This document shows positions 29,638 to 40,179 of a stretch of DNA of 64,000 nt, one piece after another; positions within the stretch are counted from its first letter, which is position 1, and each line of letters starts with the position of its first letter. Below the pieces are notes generated by a model that searched no databases, had not been told where the DNA came from, and saw only the letters and a program-made list of their open reading frames with translations. Position numbers and translations under genes: made by a program. Source of the stretch: Candidatus Heimdallarchaeota archaeon (GTDB lineage Archaea; Asgardarchaeota; Heimdallarchaeia; Heimdallarchaeales; Heimdallarchaeaceae). The stretch covers positions 15,933 through 79,932 of the forward strand of contig JABCTC010000014.1 in the NCBI GenBank assembly GCA_018238545.1, in the 5' to 3' direction.

Positions 29638-31791
29638 TTAACCATGGAATTCGAAGAACTTCTTTAACCTCTCTGAAATTTTTTCTTTTACTGGTTGAAC
29701 GACATGAAAGTTCTCTTTTAACCAGTTGGGGAGGTGTTTTTTATAATAGTGACGAGCAAATCGGTAATCTAGGAGTACGATAACGGCATAATCCTCTAAG
29801 CTACGAATAGGTCTTCCAGCTGCTTGAGAAGCTCTAGTTAATGCAGGAATATTATACCCAAATTCTCTTCCTTTGGTTGGAAATTGGCTTTCCAAATATT
29901 CTATAGATGCATTGACAGTAGGCGTTGGTCGAGCATAAGGTATCCCCACTACAATCACACTTTGCATTTGGCTACCAGGATAGTCGCTCCCCTCTGATGA
30001 CCTTCCTCCAAGTACGGATAATAAGACTCCACCCTCTCTCTTAGATTCTTTCTTGAAGGCATTGATTAAATCATCTGTTTCTAAAGAAGACATACCTTTG
30101 TGAGTTGTGAATAACGGTTTTGACAACTTCTTTTCAAGATCCGAATCGAGTAGACTCTCCATTACAACATAACTTGCACAAAAAATACCCGTGTTTTTCG
30201 GAGTTGAATCTACAACTGCTTCAATGATACTTACCATGCTTGCATAAGTTGTAGGTGTTCTATCTTCCAATTTTGATGATAATTTGTCGATTACTAAAGT
30301 TACATGATTTTCATTTTTATATGGTGATGGTAATAGTAAAGGTACAACCTTATTTGAATTTAAACCAATTAAAGACATATATGATTCAATTGGGTCAAGT
30401 GTTCCAGATGCAGAAACTGTCGAATATGCTTTTGAGAATATTTCTTCTGTCATTGTTCGTGGATCTAACGACAGTGTTACTAATCTTGGAATTGGGTTAC
30501 CAGTTTTTGATTCACTTTTTGTCAGAAAATGGGCGAATTCAACCTTTTCTTTAGTTTCTACTAAAACACTAAGATGATTTGCAACAGCTGAAGCATAGGA
30601 TAGAGGTGCTTTGTTTTGCTTGATTTGCTGATTTTTTACTAAATCACCTAGATGGTTGAGAGACTGAATTAATTCTTTATCTATTGTCATATTAGCTCTT
30701 CTTTCTACAGTAAGAAGAAAATCCGATGAATCAATTCTTATTTCCTGATTTTTGTCCATGTTTTTTATTTCATTCATCAAAGTAGCTGAAAAAGATTCAA
30801 GAAAATCATAAACTTCTCCTTCTCTGTGTTTCATAGCTTCTGACAAAGCAGTATCAATAGAATAGTTTGACAAACTTGAACTACTTATATCAACAGCAGT
30901 TGAAGGAAGATTGTGTGCTTCATCAATAATAACTATAAGATTTGAAAGCTCTTTCTCAAGCTTGGTTAAGAGAATTTTTCTAATGAATGGATTGAAAACA
31001 TATTGATAACTTGTTGCAACCACATCTACTTTAGGAAGTGACCTGACTGAAATTTCAAAAGGGCACACTTCGAGATTCTGACCAATTTCTATTAATTCTT
31101 TACTGTCTAGAACCTTATTTTGAATTATTTTATCTGCACTATCTGACTTTGATTTATTTGCAAGGTTTGTGAAATATTTGCATTTTCCTTCCTTCTTTAG
31201 AAACCTGCAGATGTCAGCTGCATTAGCTGCATCCACTGAGAATTTTTTGATAATATGATGTAAACATAATTCTCTTCTCCCCCTTAGTGCTAAACCTGAT
31301 ATTTGATTGAGTTGTTTTATTAGTTTTAATTCTTCAACAACTCTACTCATTTGTTGATGAGTTCTACAACAATATACAATTGTTTTCTTTTTTTCTTTTG
31401 CTATTGGCAAAGTAGCTGATAATAAAGAGATGGTTTTTCCAACACCATTTGCAGCTTGAATAATAATTTGAGAGCCTTCAGACATATTTTCAGAAATCGT
31501 TTCTATCATCTGTTTTTGTAGGGGTCTTATCTCTAGATAAGGAAAGTACTTCTCCCATTCTACAGTTGCTGAACTTATGTCCTTTTTAATGCCTACTGTG
31601 CTCTCTTTCAATTCTTCTTGTAAATGATCTGAATCAATGTCTCCGTTTCCTAAGCTGTCATTTACAGCGATATATGATCCACATTTTGTGCATCTAGATT
31701 TTCCGTCTATCACCAGAATTTTTCCACAGGTGGGACAAAAAGTGTAGTGATCTTCAATCTTGGATACTTTGCCCGAGCGATTATTGTTCAT
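29638..31791 (-). CDS. xpd: XPD/Rad3/DinG-family Fe-S DNA helicase with N-terminal Zn ribbon
   Basis: FPY..IRP.Q, AANGVGKT, RTHQQ, Fe-S Cys (ELC, DIC, KC, VCPF), DEAHN, SGTL, SEGSDY, QAAGRPIR. Confidence 0.9.
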   Translation of the reverse strand: MNNNRSGKVSKIEDHYTFCPTCGKILVIDGKSRCTKCGSYIAVNDSLGNGDIDSDHLQEELKESTVGIKKDISSATVEWEKYFPYLEIRPLQKQMIETISENMSEGSQIIIQAANGVGKTISLLSATLPIAKEKKKTIVYCCRTHQQMSRVVEELKLIKQLNQISGLALRGRRELCLHHIIKKFSVDAANAADICRFLKKEGKCKYFTNLANKSKSDSADKIIQNKVLDSKELIEIGQNLEVCPFEISVRSLPKVDVVATSYQYVFNPFIRKILLTKLEKELSNLIVIIDEAHNLPSTAVDISSSSLSNYSIDTALSEAMKHREGEVYDFLESFSATLMNEIKNMDKNQEIRIDSSDFLLTVERRANMTIDKELIQSLNHLGDLVKNQQIKQNKAPLSYASAVANHLSVLVETKEKVEFAHFLTKSESKTGNPIPRLVTLSLDPRTMTEEIFSKAYSTVSASGTLDPIESYMSLIGLNSNKVVPLLLPSPYKNENHVTLVIDKLSSKLEDRTPTTYASMVSIIEAVVDSTPKNTGIFCASYVVMESLLDSDLEKKLSKPLFTTHKGMSSLETDDLINAFKKESKREGGVLLSVLGGRSSEGSDYPGSQMQSVIVVGIPYARPTPTVNASIEYLESQFPTKGREFGYNIPALTRASQAAGRPIRSLEDYAVIVLLDYRFARHYYKKHLPNWLKENFHVVQPVKEKISERLKKFFEFHG

Positions 31792-32111
31792 AAGTTCGTT
31801 TCTTCTTTCAATGTGCCTTATTAAAATCTTTGTCAAGACTAAGGTGCATAATTAAGAAACTATAAATTTAGTATATTTTCACTAGAATTTTTTGTTCGAT
31901 TGCTTAACTTTATATGAATTCGTGTACAATATATGTATAGTTGCTACTTAAACCAGATTTGAATAGAAATTCAAGTAAATGTTTATATACAACAGATTCA
32001 CAAAAGTAATTTCGTGAGAATTAAGCTCACAAAATATGGTTCAGAACTAATTCAGCAAGTTTTACTTGCTTTAGAGGTCACAGTAGAAAGTCTGGTTTCA
32101 GGTAAAGCTTA

Positions 32112-33887
32112 ATGACTCAAGAACAGAATAGAAATTTAGAAGAATTGTTGGAAAATACCGCCGTCCTATTGGATACTATAGCTTCTGAAATCATACATTC
32201 GACAAATAAAATCTATGCCTGCTACCACCCTGGTGACATTAATTCTAGTCTGTTCGATTTTAAAAACAGAAATATAATTGATGATTTTAATCAAAACTTT
32301 GGTGTAATTAAGGAAACACTGAAGAAAAACATTGCTTCTCTTCCATACAAAGAGAAAAACGATGAAATTCTAATTTTAGCAAACCTTCTCTCCGAATTGA
32401 AGGAATTTGATTTAGCTTTAGATTTGTACAAAAATCTCGCGAAACTAGACAATAACCACTTTGCTTGGACAAATCTTATGACAATTTATATCCATAAGGG
32501 GATGCATTCAGATGCAATGGAATGTTATCTTTATTTGCCTCCTGATTTCATTGAGCATTCAACCAATGAAAAAACTGATTCAAGTGCAGATTCTTACAGG
32601 ATTTTGAATATTTCAACTACTTACCCCATGTATCATTCACTTCGTTCTTTAGGGAGTCAAGTGAAAGAATCTAAAGAATTAAAACAACAATATGAACAAG
32701 AACTGAGAGACTTGTACTCCATAAAAGAATTTGTGAAAGGTCAAGAAGAATTAGCAAATGGGAACTTCGATGAAGCTTTCATTCAGCTTACAAGTATCTC
32801 ACAGAAATTCTCTGATAGTCATGTTCTGCAATTTTTCATTGGTAGTGCTGCTTTGGAAGGCAAACATTATATCATAGCAGAAGAATACTTTAAGAAAGCA
32901 ATTCAGATCAAAAGTGAGATTCCCGAGTATTGGGGTGAGCTCGCTGAATGTTTCTTTGCACAACATAAGAATGATCAAGCTATAAAGTCTTTGAAAACAG
33001 CTTTAACAATTGATCCTGCCAGCCAAAGATGTTGGGAATTGGCAGGGAGAATGATTTTTACTATTGAATCACAAGGAGAATATGATTATTTTATCAAACA
33101 GATACAGTTGATGCCTTCAGCTGCTGCGATTCTAAATTTTGTTGATGGACTTATACAAAAGAAGAGATATGATAATACATTAGAAATTCTTCAAATTGGT
33201 GTTTCTAAGTTTCCTGAAAATACTAACATAATGGAAAACCTAGCTCTAGTTTATGAACGAATGGGTAAATTTGATGAAGCAATTGGGATATACGAAGAGC
33301 TTCTTATGTCTGGTAAATCAGTTCAGAAATACTTAAGAAAAATCACTTCAATCCTTACAGTTTTACACGATGACAAGAGACTTGTAAAAATCCTCAAGAT
33401 GGTATCCTCCTATCTTCCATGGGATGAAACTACTCTATGGAATAAAATAGGTGATTTGCTTATGAGAGCTAAAGATTATCTTGGAGCAAGTGAAGCGTTC
33501 AGAAAAGTAATCTCTTTTGATGCTGCTGATCCTCGTATTCTATTCAATTTAGGTCTTGCCTATCAAGAATTAAACCTTTACAAGAAAGCTGAAGAAACAT
33601 ATAGAAAAGTACTTTCCTTAAATCCTAATGATCATGCTGCATTAAATAATCTTGGAAATGTATTGAAAGAGTTAAAGCGATATGATGAAGCTATTGACAC
33701 ATATCAAACAACTATTGATATTGAACCAAAGAAAGCTATTTCTTGGGCTAACTTAGGTATTCTTTACGAAGAACTAAAATTAAAAAATGAAGCAAGAGAG
33801 TGCTATCAGAAAGCTAAGGACATTGCTTTAAAAAACAAGGATTACAAATCAGCTGCCCAATTCGAAGAATGGGAAAACTCCTTATGA
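32112..33887 (+). CDS. TPR-repeat protein
   Basis: Multiple TPRs (e.g. ALNNLGNVLKELKRYDEAIDTYQTTI, SWANLGILY). Confidence 0.9.
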   Translation: MTQEQNRNLEELLENTAVLLDTIASEIIHSTNKIYACYHPGDINSSLFDFKNRNIIDDFNQNFGVIKETLKKNIASLPYKEKNDEILILANLLSELKEFDLALDLYKNLAKLDNNHFAWTNLMTIYIHKGMHSDAMECYLYLPPDFIEHSTNEKTDSSADSYRILNISTTYPMYHSLRSLGSQVKESKELKQQYEQELRDLYSIKEFVKGQEELANGNFDEAFIQLTSISQKFSDSHVLQFFIGSAALEGKHYIIAEEYFKKAIQIKSEIPEYWGELAECFFAQHKNDQAIKSLKTALTIDPASQRCWELAGRMIFTIESQGEYDYFIKQIQLMPSAAAILNFVDGLIQKKRYDNTLEILQIGVSKFPENTNIMENLALVYERMGKFDEAIGIYEELLMSGKSVQKYLRKITSILTVLHDDKRLVKILKMVSSYLPWDETTLWNKIGDLLMRAKDYLGASEAFRKVISFDAADPRILFNLGLAYQELNLYKKAEETYRKVLSLNPNDHAALNNLGNVLKELKRYDEAIDTYQTTIDIEPKKAISWANLGILYEELKLKNEARECYQKAKDIALKNKDYKSAAQFEEWENSL

Positions 33888-34447
33888 ACTCTGAAGAAAA
33901 AGTAAATCTTCCAGATTGGAAGATAGCTCAAAAGTCCATAGCTAAGTTTCTATCAGACAAAAGTTTTAACGTGTGGGAAGAAAGATCTATAGGGAAAAAA
34001 CGAGTAGATGTATTAGCTAAACGTGAATATAAGGGAAAAACATTCTATCTTATTTTTGAGGTAAAGCATTATCAAAATGTTACTCCCAGTGTAGAAGAAA
34101 AATTTGTTCTACAACTAGAAGAATACGTACAAGCTCTTATTTTAAGAGAAACAAAAAGGAAATCAAGCAACCAAATTTTTGAACATTATGTATTCATAGG
34201 ATATCTGATACTATCAAAGGATTATGGTATTTTTTTGAATAGAAAAAAGAATTGGCGGAAAAAACCATTTTTTATAGAAAATGTTGAGTTAAGTAAAATA
34301 TGGAAGAGAAATGTTCACTTTTATTGTTCATCACCCAAATTCATTAGAAAAAACTTGGAGTCACAGGGAATTTCTTTCTATACACAATCTAAGATATCAG
34401 ATTTTCTGACGCACAGTAGCAATAATCATAAAAATCCTAAATTGTAA
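33884..34447 (+). CDS. PD-(D/E)xK superfamily nuclease
   Basis: E..I..RVDVLA...IFEVK motif; ATGA overlap with the TPR gene. Confidence 0.7.
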   Translation: MNSEEKVNLPDWKIAQKSIAKFLSDKSFNVWEERSIGKKRVDVLAKREYKGKTFYLIFEVKHYQNVTPSVEEKFVLQLEEYVQALILRETKRKSSNQIFEHYVFIGYLILSKDYGIFLNRKKNWRKKPFFIENVELSKIWKRNVHFYCSSPKFIRKNLESQGISFYTQSKISDFLTHSSNNHKNPKL

Positions 34448-34458
34448 TTATCTAATAG

Positions 34459-35382
34459 ATGAGTATTAATCTTTCATCACTAAAGGATCAAATGTTTGCA
34501 ATCCATATAATCGATCAAGGTATAAGTTTACATAGTGAGAAATTCTCTGATTTTCTTAACATAGACAATGTTTTGGTTTTGGGGTTTATCTCTGCTCTTC
34601 AAAGTTATACATATTCAATTGGTGATGAAGAAGTTCTCTCGATGGACTTTGGAAAAGCGAAGTTTTTGTTTAGATCTCTTTATGATAAAAAATTACTTAT
34701 TGTTATAATGAAGAAAGCTTTATCTCAAGAACAAGAACAAGCTATACTCGATGAATTAGCAACAAAATATGAGTTCATAGTATCTGATAAAGATATATCT
34801 GAAATTCAATCTCTTATTGATATTAAAGAGAGATTAATACCACTTGAATTAGTTGTTGAAATGAGGAGAAAAGGTGAAAAGCTCCCATCGTCAGTTTCAA
34901 TTGACGACGCAATACTTATTCCTCCTCCACCTTCTATCTTAGCAATACCGGAGGTGAAAGTGGAACAATTTTATCTAGAGGTTTTGGTAAACGAAATTGT
35001 TCTTACAGAGGAAATCATGAATCAAATAAAGAAAACTCTTAGTAACTTCTTTCTAGGTTACAAAAAACTTTTAGTGGGTCTATTTGTAATTGCAAAAAAT
35101 AACGCTCTTATTCCATTCGCTTTTAGCAGAAAACCAATAGACGAAGTATACCCCCTAATACAGAATGTTCTAGCCAATCCTGTTATTCGAGATAAAACAT
35201 TAGATACGGATCATAACTACCCTCAGAAGATTGAGATAGAAAACCAAGAACTCTGGGTTCTTACAAATACAGCGAGCAAACATGCTGCTCGTACTGTTTT
35301 GTTCAGTCTTTCAGAAGACGAACTTAACTCAATGATTCCACATTTGAGCAGAATTATGCATTTTTTCAAGAAGATAGTGTGA
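34459..35382 (+). CDS. Longin-like domain protein (Asgard type) with a second C-terminal domain
   Basis: IHIIDQGISL...D..LVLGFISALQSY...SMDFG..F.F....LLIVI pattern; Pro-rich linker PPPPS. Confidence 0.6.
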   Translation: MSINLSSLKDQMFAIHIIDQGISLHSEKFSDFLNIDNVLVLGFISALQSYTYSIGDEEVLSMDFGKAKFLFRSLYDKKLLIVIMKKALSQEQEQAILDELATKYEFIVSDKDISEIQSLIDIKERLIPLELVVEMRRKGEKLPSSVSIDDAILIPPPPSILAIPEVKVEQFYLEVLVNEIVLTEEIMNQIKKTLSNFFLGYKKLLVGLFVIAKNNALIPFAFSRKPIDEVYPLIQNVLANPVIRDKTLDTDHNYPQKIEIENQELWVLTNTASKHAARTVLFSLSEDELNSMIPHLSRIMHFFKKIV

Positions 35383-35535
35383 TTTATTGCCACTTTTTAT
35401 ATTAATCTCCCATTTTACTATAAATGAACATTAGTCAGAATAATTTTTAAACACGCGAAATATTTAAATCACAAACAAAGATAAGATTGATAAAGGGTAA
35501 ACTGTTAAACATTCTTTAGAGAATTGGTGGATAAA

Positions 35536-35913
35536 ATGAGCTTATCAGGACAACAGATAGAAAAAATGCTACATGAGTTTGAATCAAATACTGAAGGAGT
35601 ACTTGGTTGTTCAATAATAACTGCTAAGGATGCACTATTATTAGCTGAATCCTCACAAAAATTTGAACGATTGGTTATTCAATGGTTAAGTGAAAAAATG
35701 TTATCTTTAGCAAAAGAATCGCTTAAACAACTCATGAATGAATTTACTTTGATGAGTGTAACCATTGAGGAAAAAGATAATTTAATATATCTGAGACCAA
35801 TCGGTGAATATTACTATGCTGTGATAATTACAACGAAAGAAGAAAATAGAGGTCTTTTAGAGCACAATATCAAGAGATTATTGCAACAGCTTGCCCCAAT
35901 GATGATTAAATAA
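35536..35913 (+). CDS. Roadblock/LC7 (MglB-like) protein
   Basis: EGVLGCSIITAKDALLLA...SVTIEEKD..IYLRPIG..YAVII..NRGLL. Confidence 0.8.
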   Translation: MSLSGQQIEKMLHEFESNTEGVLGCSIITAKDALLLAESSQKFERLVIQWLSEKMLSLAKESLKQLMNEFTLMSVTIEEKDNLIYLRPIGEYYYAVIITTKEENRGLLEHNIKRLLQQLAPMMIK

Positions 35914-35928
35914 TCTAAGTACTAAAGG

Positions 35929-36324
35929 TTGAAAATTATGGATGTTACAACGTTAAAAATATTAGCAAAAATGGCTAATGGTGAGGAAGGGAAAAATATC
36001 AGATTCCAATTTGTTTCTTCTGATAGTGATGAAGTTATTTGTTCATCCAGCACTTTAGAGGAACTTTATGAATGTGTTACTAAGATTGATCCTGATGTTT
36101 TGCATAAGCACGTTTGTGCATGCGAAGATTCAGAAGAGACTACTAATGCAAAAGATCTTGCTTTTTATGTTCATTATGTTTTTGGTGACATAGAATTATC
36201 CATGAAATTGTATAGTGCAGCAGAACGATTTCAAGATGATCCTAAAAAGTTGAAACTTGAAATTGGGAACCTATTTTTTACTAGACTTCTAAATTTCAGT
36301 GAAATAGCACTAATTCCAGATTAA
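35929..36324 (+). CDS. DUF5752-like protein
   Basis: FQF...STLEELYECV..ID...L.KH...DLAFYV..VFGD.EL pattern. Confidence 0.55.
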   Translation: MKIMDVTTLKILAKMANGEEGKNIRFQFVSSDSDEVICSSSTLEELYECVTKIDPDVLHKHVCACEDSEETTNAKDLAFYVHYVFGDIELSMKLYSAAERFQDDPKKLKLEIGNLFFTRLLNFSEIALIPD

Positions 36325-36392
36325 GGTGATAATCACAATTCTTTTTTATAATTTCTTTTTGTTAGTTATTATTCTAAATTAACAGGTGTTAT

Positions 36393-38525
36393 ATGTTGAA
36401 AGCTAAATGTCCGAATTGCAAAGGTAAAGGCACTGTAATTACTGAAAAGATGAACTGTCCAACATGTTTAGGGATTGGAAAAACATCCTTTTCGTTAGGA
36501 AGTGGAGATGAAGGTCAACCTTGTGAGAAATGCAAAGGTACAGGAAAAGTTATTTTTCAGTCCAAATGCAAGACATGTGATGGCTCAAAATTCGTTTTCT
36601 TCTGCAAACAATGTAATAAAATGATGAAAACCCAAACTTCTTCAGGTTTGTGTTTGACTTGCCAAAACAAAAAAGATCCTGTAGTATACTCGCTTAAACC
36701 TCCAATGGATTCCCAATTAGTGAGAAAGGAGATGCATCTTCTGTCAAGAGTTGAAAGTGTGAAAAAGATGGGTGTTTTTGTTAAGGTTGCACCAGATACC
36801 AATGTACTAATACGCTCAAATGATGTAACACAAGATTATGCATGGGATATAGGGGAAGAAGTAATTGTAAAGATATCTTATATCAATGATAAAGGAAAAT
36901 TCTTCGGTGTTCCTGTCCATTTCAAAAAATTTGTTGTTGAACCGTTAAGAGGAAGAGTTAGGAAGCTTCGGGTTGAGGATTTAAAACCTAATATGATGGG
37001 CTCATTTATAGGACTAACTGCTAAGATTGTATCAGTTATGCAGACACCTGGTCCAACAAGATTCAATTTAGTTGATCCTACAGGCTCAATAAGTGGAGCG
37101 GCTTTCACTAAACCCGGTGAAAGAGCCTTCCCTGAATTTGAAGAAGATATGGTAGTTTCTGTATTTGGTGAAATTAATACTCATCGTGATGTTATTCAGA
37201 TTGAGATTCGTGATATGGACCAATTAGATTCTGATGAAAGTAATATCCTAATCGATGAAATTGAAAAAGCGATAGATAAAAAAGCAACTCCTAAGAAAAT
37301 TGATTTTTCAATAAAAAGTCCGATACTCGATAAGCTGCGACCTGGTTTAACAGATGCTGCTAAACGAATAAAACGGGCAATTTTAACTGGGCAACCAATT
37401 CACGTTCGAAATCATGCTGATGCGGATGGAACTGTTGCTGGTTTTGCAGTACAATTAGCTATTAAGAAACTTATGGAGACGGAAGGATACGATCCTGATA
37501 CTATACGAACTAGACTGAAAAGACTTCCAAACAAGCCTCCTTTTTATGATGCTATTGATGTTACAAAGGATTTGGATTTTGCTTTAGCTGATCAAGTTAG
37601 ATTTGGAGATAAACTACCTCTGTTTGTGTGTCTGGATTTTGGATCTAGTACAGAGTCCTTATTCCCATATCTACAGATAAAAGCTTTAGATTTAGAAATA
37701 ATTGTAATAGACCACCATTTACCAGACAAGGAAATACAAGATCTGGTTGACATTCATGTTAATCCTTATTTTGTTGGTGGAGGTTATGAGCTTTCAGCTG
37801 GAATGTTAGGTGTTGAACTAGCTAGAATTATCTATCCTGATGTTCACGAAGAAATCATTCATTTACCCGCAATAGCGGGGTTAATGGACAGGGTCGAAGG
37901 GAAAGAAATTATAGCGTATATAAAACTTGCAGAGAAAAAAGGTTACTCTGTTGATGATCTAAGAACTATAGGTTTAGCTATTGATTTTGAGGTTTATCAG
38001 CTAAGATTTTCTGAAGGTTATAATACTATGAAAATACTTTTTGGAATTGAAACTAATCAAGAATGGCATTCTAAAATGTATAATCTAATTGGGAATGAAG
38101 CAAAAAAATTACTTGAAACTTCCTTAAAAGACTCATTACCTCATTGTAAAAAGAAAGTATTAGCAAATGGAACACTTCTAGTTACAATTGATGTTGAATT
38201 GTATACCCATCGTTTCACATTTCCAAATCCTGGAAAAATAACCGGACTGATATTTGACCATTTTTGCTCTAAAAATAAGGACAAAGCAGTTGTAACACTG
38301 GGGGAAGGACCAGATTTTCTTATACTTCGCTCCAAAGGATTAAACATCAATTTCCCTGAAGTAGTAAAATTAATGCGAAAGGAGATATCTGAAGCTGGAG
38401 TCGAGGGAGGAGGACATGAAGTTGTAGGTTCTCTGAAGTTTTATGAAGGGGAACGAGATAAAGTTAAAACATTTTTTGTAGAACACCTGACAAAATTAAA
38501 AACTAATATAGAAAAAGCAGAATGA
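36393..38525 (+). CDS. Archaea-specific RecJ-like DHH exonuclease with DnaJ-type Zn finger and S1/OB domains (COG1107/HAN type)
   Basis: CxxCxGxG repeats, QTPGPT OB fold, RNHADADG, LDFGS, VIDHH, GGGH. Confidence 0.9.
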   Translation: MLKAKCPNCKGKGTVITEKMNCPTCLGIGKTSFSLGSGDEGQPCEKCKGTGKVIFQSKCKTCDGSKFVFFCKQCNKMMKTQTSSGLCLTCQNKKDPVVYSLKPPMDSQLVRKEMHLLSRVESVKKMGVFVKVAPDTNVLIRSNDVTQDYAWDIGEEVIVKISYINDKGKFFGVPVHFKKFVVEPLRGRVRKLRVEDLKPNMMGSFIGLTAKIVSVMQTPGPTRFNLVDPTGSISGAAFTKPGERAFPEFEEDMVVSVFGEINTHRDVIQIEIRDMDQLDSDESNILIDEIEKAIDKKATPKKIDFSIKSPILDKLRPGLTDAAKRIKRAILTGQPIHVRNHADADGTVAGFAVQLAIKKLMETEGYDPDTIRTRLKRLPNKPPFYDAIDVTKDLDFALADQVRFGDKLPLFVCLDFGSSTESLFPYLQIKALDLEIIVIDHHLPDKEIQDLVDIHVNPYFVGGGYELSAGMLGVELARIIYPDVHEEIIHLPAIAGLMDRVEGKEIIAYIKLAEKKGYSVDDLRTIGLAIDFEVYQLRFSEGYNTMKILFGIETNQEWHSKMYNLIGNEAKKLLETSLKDSLPHCKKKVLANGTLLVTIDVELYTHRFTFPNPGKITGLIFDHFCSKNKDKAVVTLGEGPDFLILRSKGLNINFPEVVKLMRKEISEAGVEGGGHEVVGSLKFYEGERDKVKTFFVEHLTKLKTNIEKAE

Positions 38526-38533
38526 AGAGGAAA

Positions 38534-40009
38534 TTATCTCTTCTTTTTCTTATCTTTTCTTCTGAAAACTTTGTTGAAACCTTTCGTTACGCCTTTTTTG
38601 CTTGCGGTATATGCTCCAGTTATGGTTCCAGCTACTTTTTTAGATGGATCAACAAATACTTTCTTTGCAGTTGATTTAGCTCCGGCCTTTACACCTTGTT
38701 TAATAAGCGTATTTGCATATTGTTTCCAAGAATCTTCTCCTTTTCGAACTCTGTCTATTCTCTCTACTAGTTCTTCGTAAGGTGGTAGAAACTCAAATCG
38801 ATATAAAGTTGGTGAGCCATATCTCCTAAAATCTTCAGACCATAAATAGTTAAGCAAGAAGAATATCAATAAACAAGTAAGTAATATTACTGCAAATTTA
38901 TCTTTTATTCCAACTAGTTCATTCTTTGTCAAGAAGAACTCACTAAAAATATCGTCACCCGATAGAAATTGCAGATAAGTCACATGATAGCTTAGAATCA
39001 AACCCATAACAGTCATAAGTATCCCTAATGGTCCGATTGATCTAGGGATATTAAGAAGAGCCCATCTTTCCTCCCCTTCCTCATCTATCTTTTCTATTTC
39101 TATGTCTCCTATCTCTATTGATTTCTTTTCTTTTTCTTCTTGTTCAACAGTTTCATCTTTAGTTGAATCTGCTTCTATTTTCTTGATTTTCTTTGCATAA
39201 TTAGAAACAGTATAGAAAATGAAAAACAATGCAACTAGTACGCTTCCAACATTATCGCTAGGTAATGAATCCGTTACAGTGTAATATGTTAGTTTCCAAA
39301 GAGTAAAGGAAGCTATAACGTAGAAGAAAGATAAAATTGTGTAAAATACATCATCTTTTTTGCCAAGCTTAAAAATAATTATGTTAACTAAAATAATAGC
39401 TATTAGCGAGAATCCAGCTGTTATTAGCAAAGAAAGATTGAATTGATTAAATGACCTGAAGATGAGATATCCCGTCATGCCCAAGTTAACTAATGACAAA
39501 ATGAAAACAACACTTCCAAACAGTACCGAGCCTTCATCAGCTCTCTTTCCAATAAACATTACACTCCCAAACATTCTATTTCCCCAAAAATTTCGTGATA
39601 AAGAGAATGTTAGAAATACAGAAATTAAAATCCAACCAAGATACCCAATTGCTGCAATATAGGGTGATATTGCGGGGAGGAAATATATTGTCGCAGATCC
39701 ACCCGCAGCTGCTATGAAAGCAGGAATTCCCCAATACTTTAAGGGATATCTAGCAAATAGTAAACCAAAAAACACATATGTAACAGCGAAGGATAATTCC
39801 ACCACGATTAAGATAGAACTTATCTCTCTTAGAAGTTCAGCGGAAACCGATTGTATATTTGCTCCAATTAAGTAGAAAACCGTTGAAGTAACTGATATTA
39901 GAAAGAATGCTATTGTATAAAATAAGTATTTCTTACTAAAGAGTATTCTGAAACCACTTGTGAATATGTTCTTGATATACTGATAAAATGCTTTTTCAAC
40001 ATATGACAT
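38534..40009 (-). CDS. Polytopic membrane protein, unknown function
   Basis: About 10-11 TM segments, an acidic loop and a basic C-terminal tail. ATG 40009 preferred. Confidence 0.75.
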   Translation of the reverse strand: MSYVEKAFYQYIKNIFTSGFRILFSKKYLFYTIAFFLISVTSTVFYLIGANIQSVSAELLREISSILIVVELSFAVTYVFFGLLFARYPLKYWGIPAFIAAAGGSATIYFLPAISPYIAAIGYLGWILISVFLTFSLSRNFWGNRMFGSVMFIGKRADEGSVLFGSVVFILSLVNLGMTGYLIFRSFNQFNLSLLITAGFSLIAIILVNIIIFKLGKKDDVFYTILSFFYVIASFTLWKLTYYTVTDSLPSDNVGSVLVALFFIFYTVSNYAKKIKKIEADSTKDETVEQEEKEKKSIEIGDIEIEKIDEEGEERWALLNIPRSIGPLGILMTVMGLILSYHVTYLQFLSGDDIFSEFFLTKNELVGIKDKFAVILLTCLLIFFLLNYLWSEDFRRYGSPTLYRFEFLPPYEELVERIDRVRKGEDSWKQYANTLIKQGVKAGAKSTAKKVFVDPSKKVAGTITGAYTASKKGVTKGFNKVFRRKDKKKKR

Positions 40010-40179
40010 GAAGATATAATAGACGGAGATAAATAAAAAACTTCGCATAACAAGCTTCAAATCTAGAAGAAATTGTCTTAAACTACTCTTTTTAAATCTG
40101 CATTGATTTTCCTTTAATAATTCTCTTTATTGTGTCATCTACGCTCCAATGTATTTATGAATAAGGAGAAGATTGTTTT

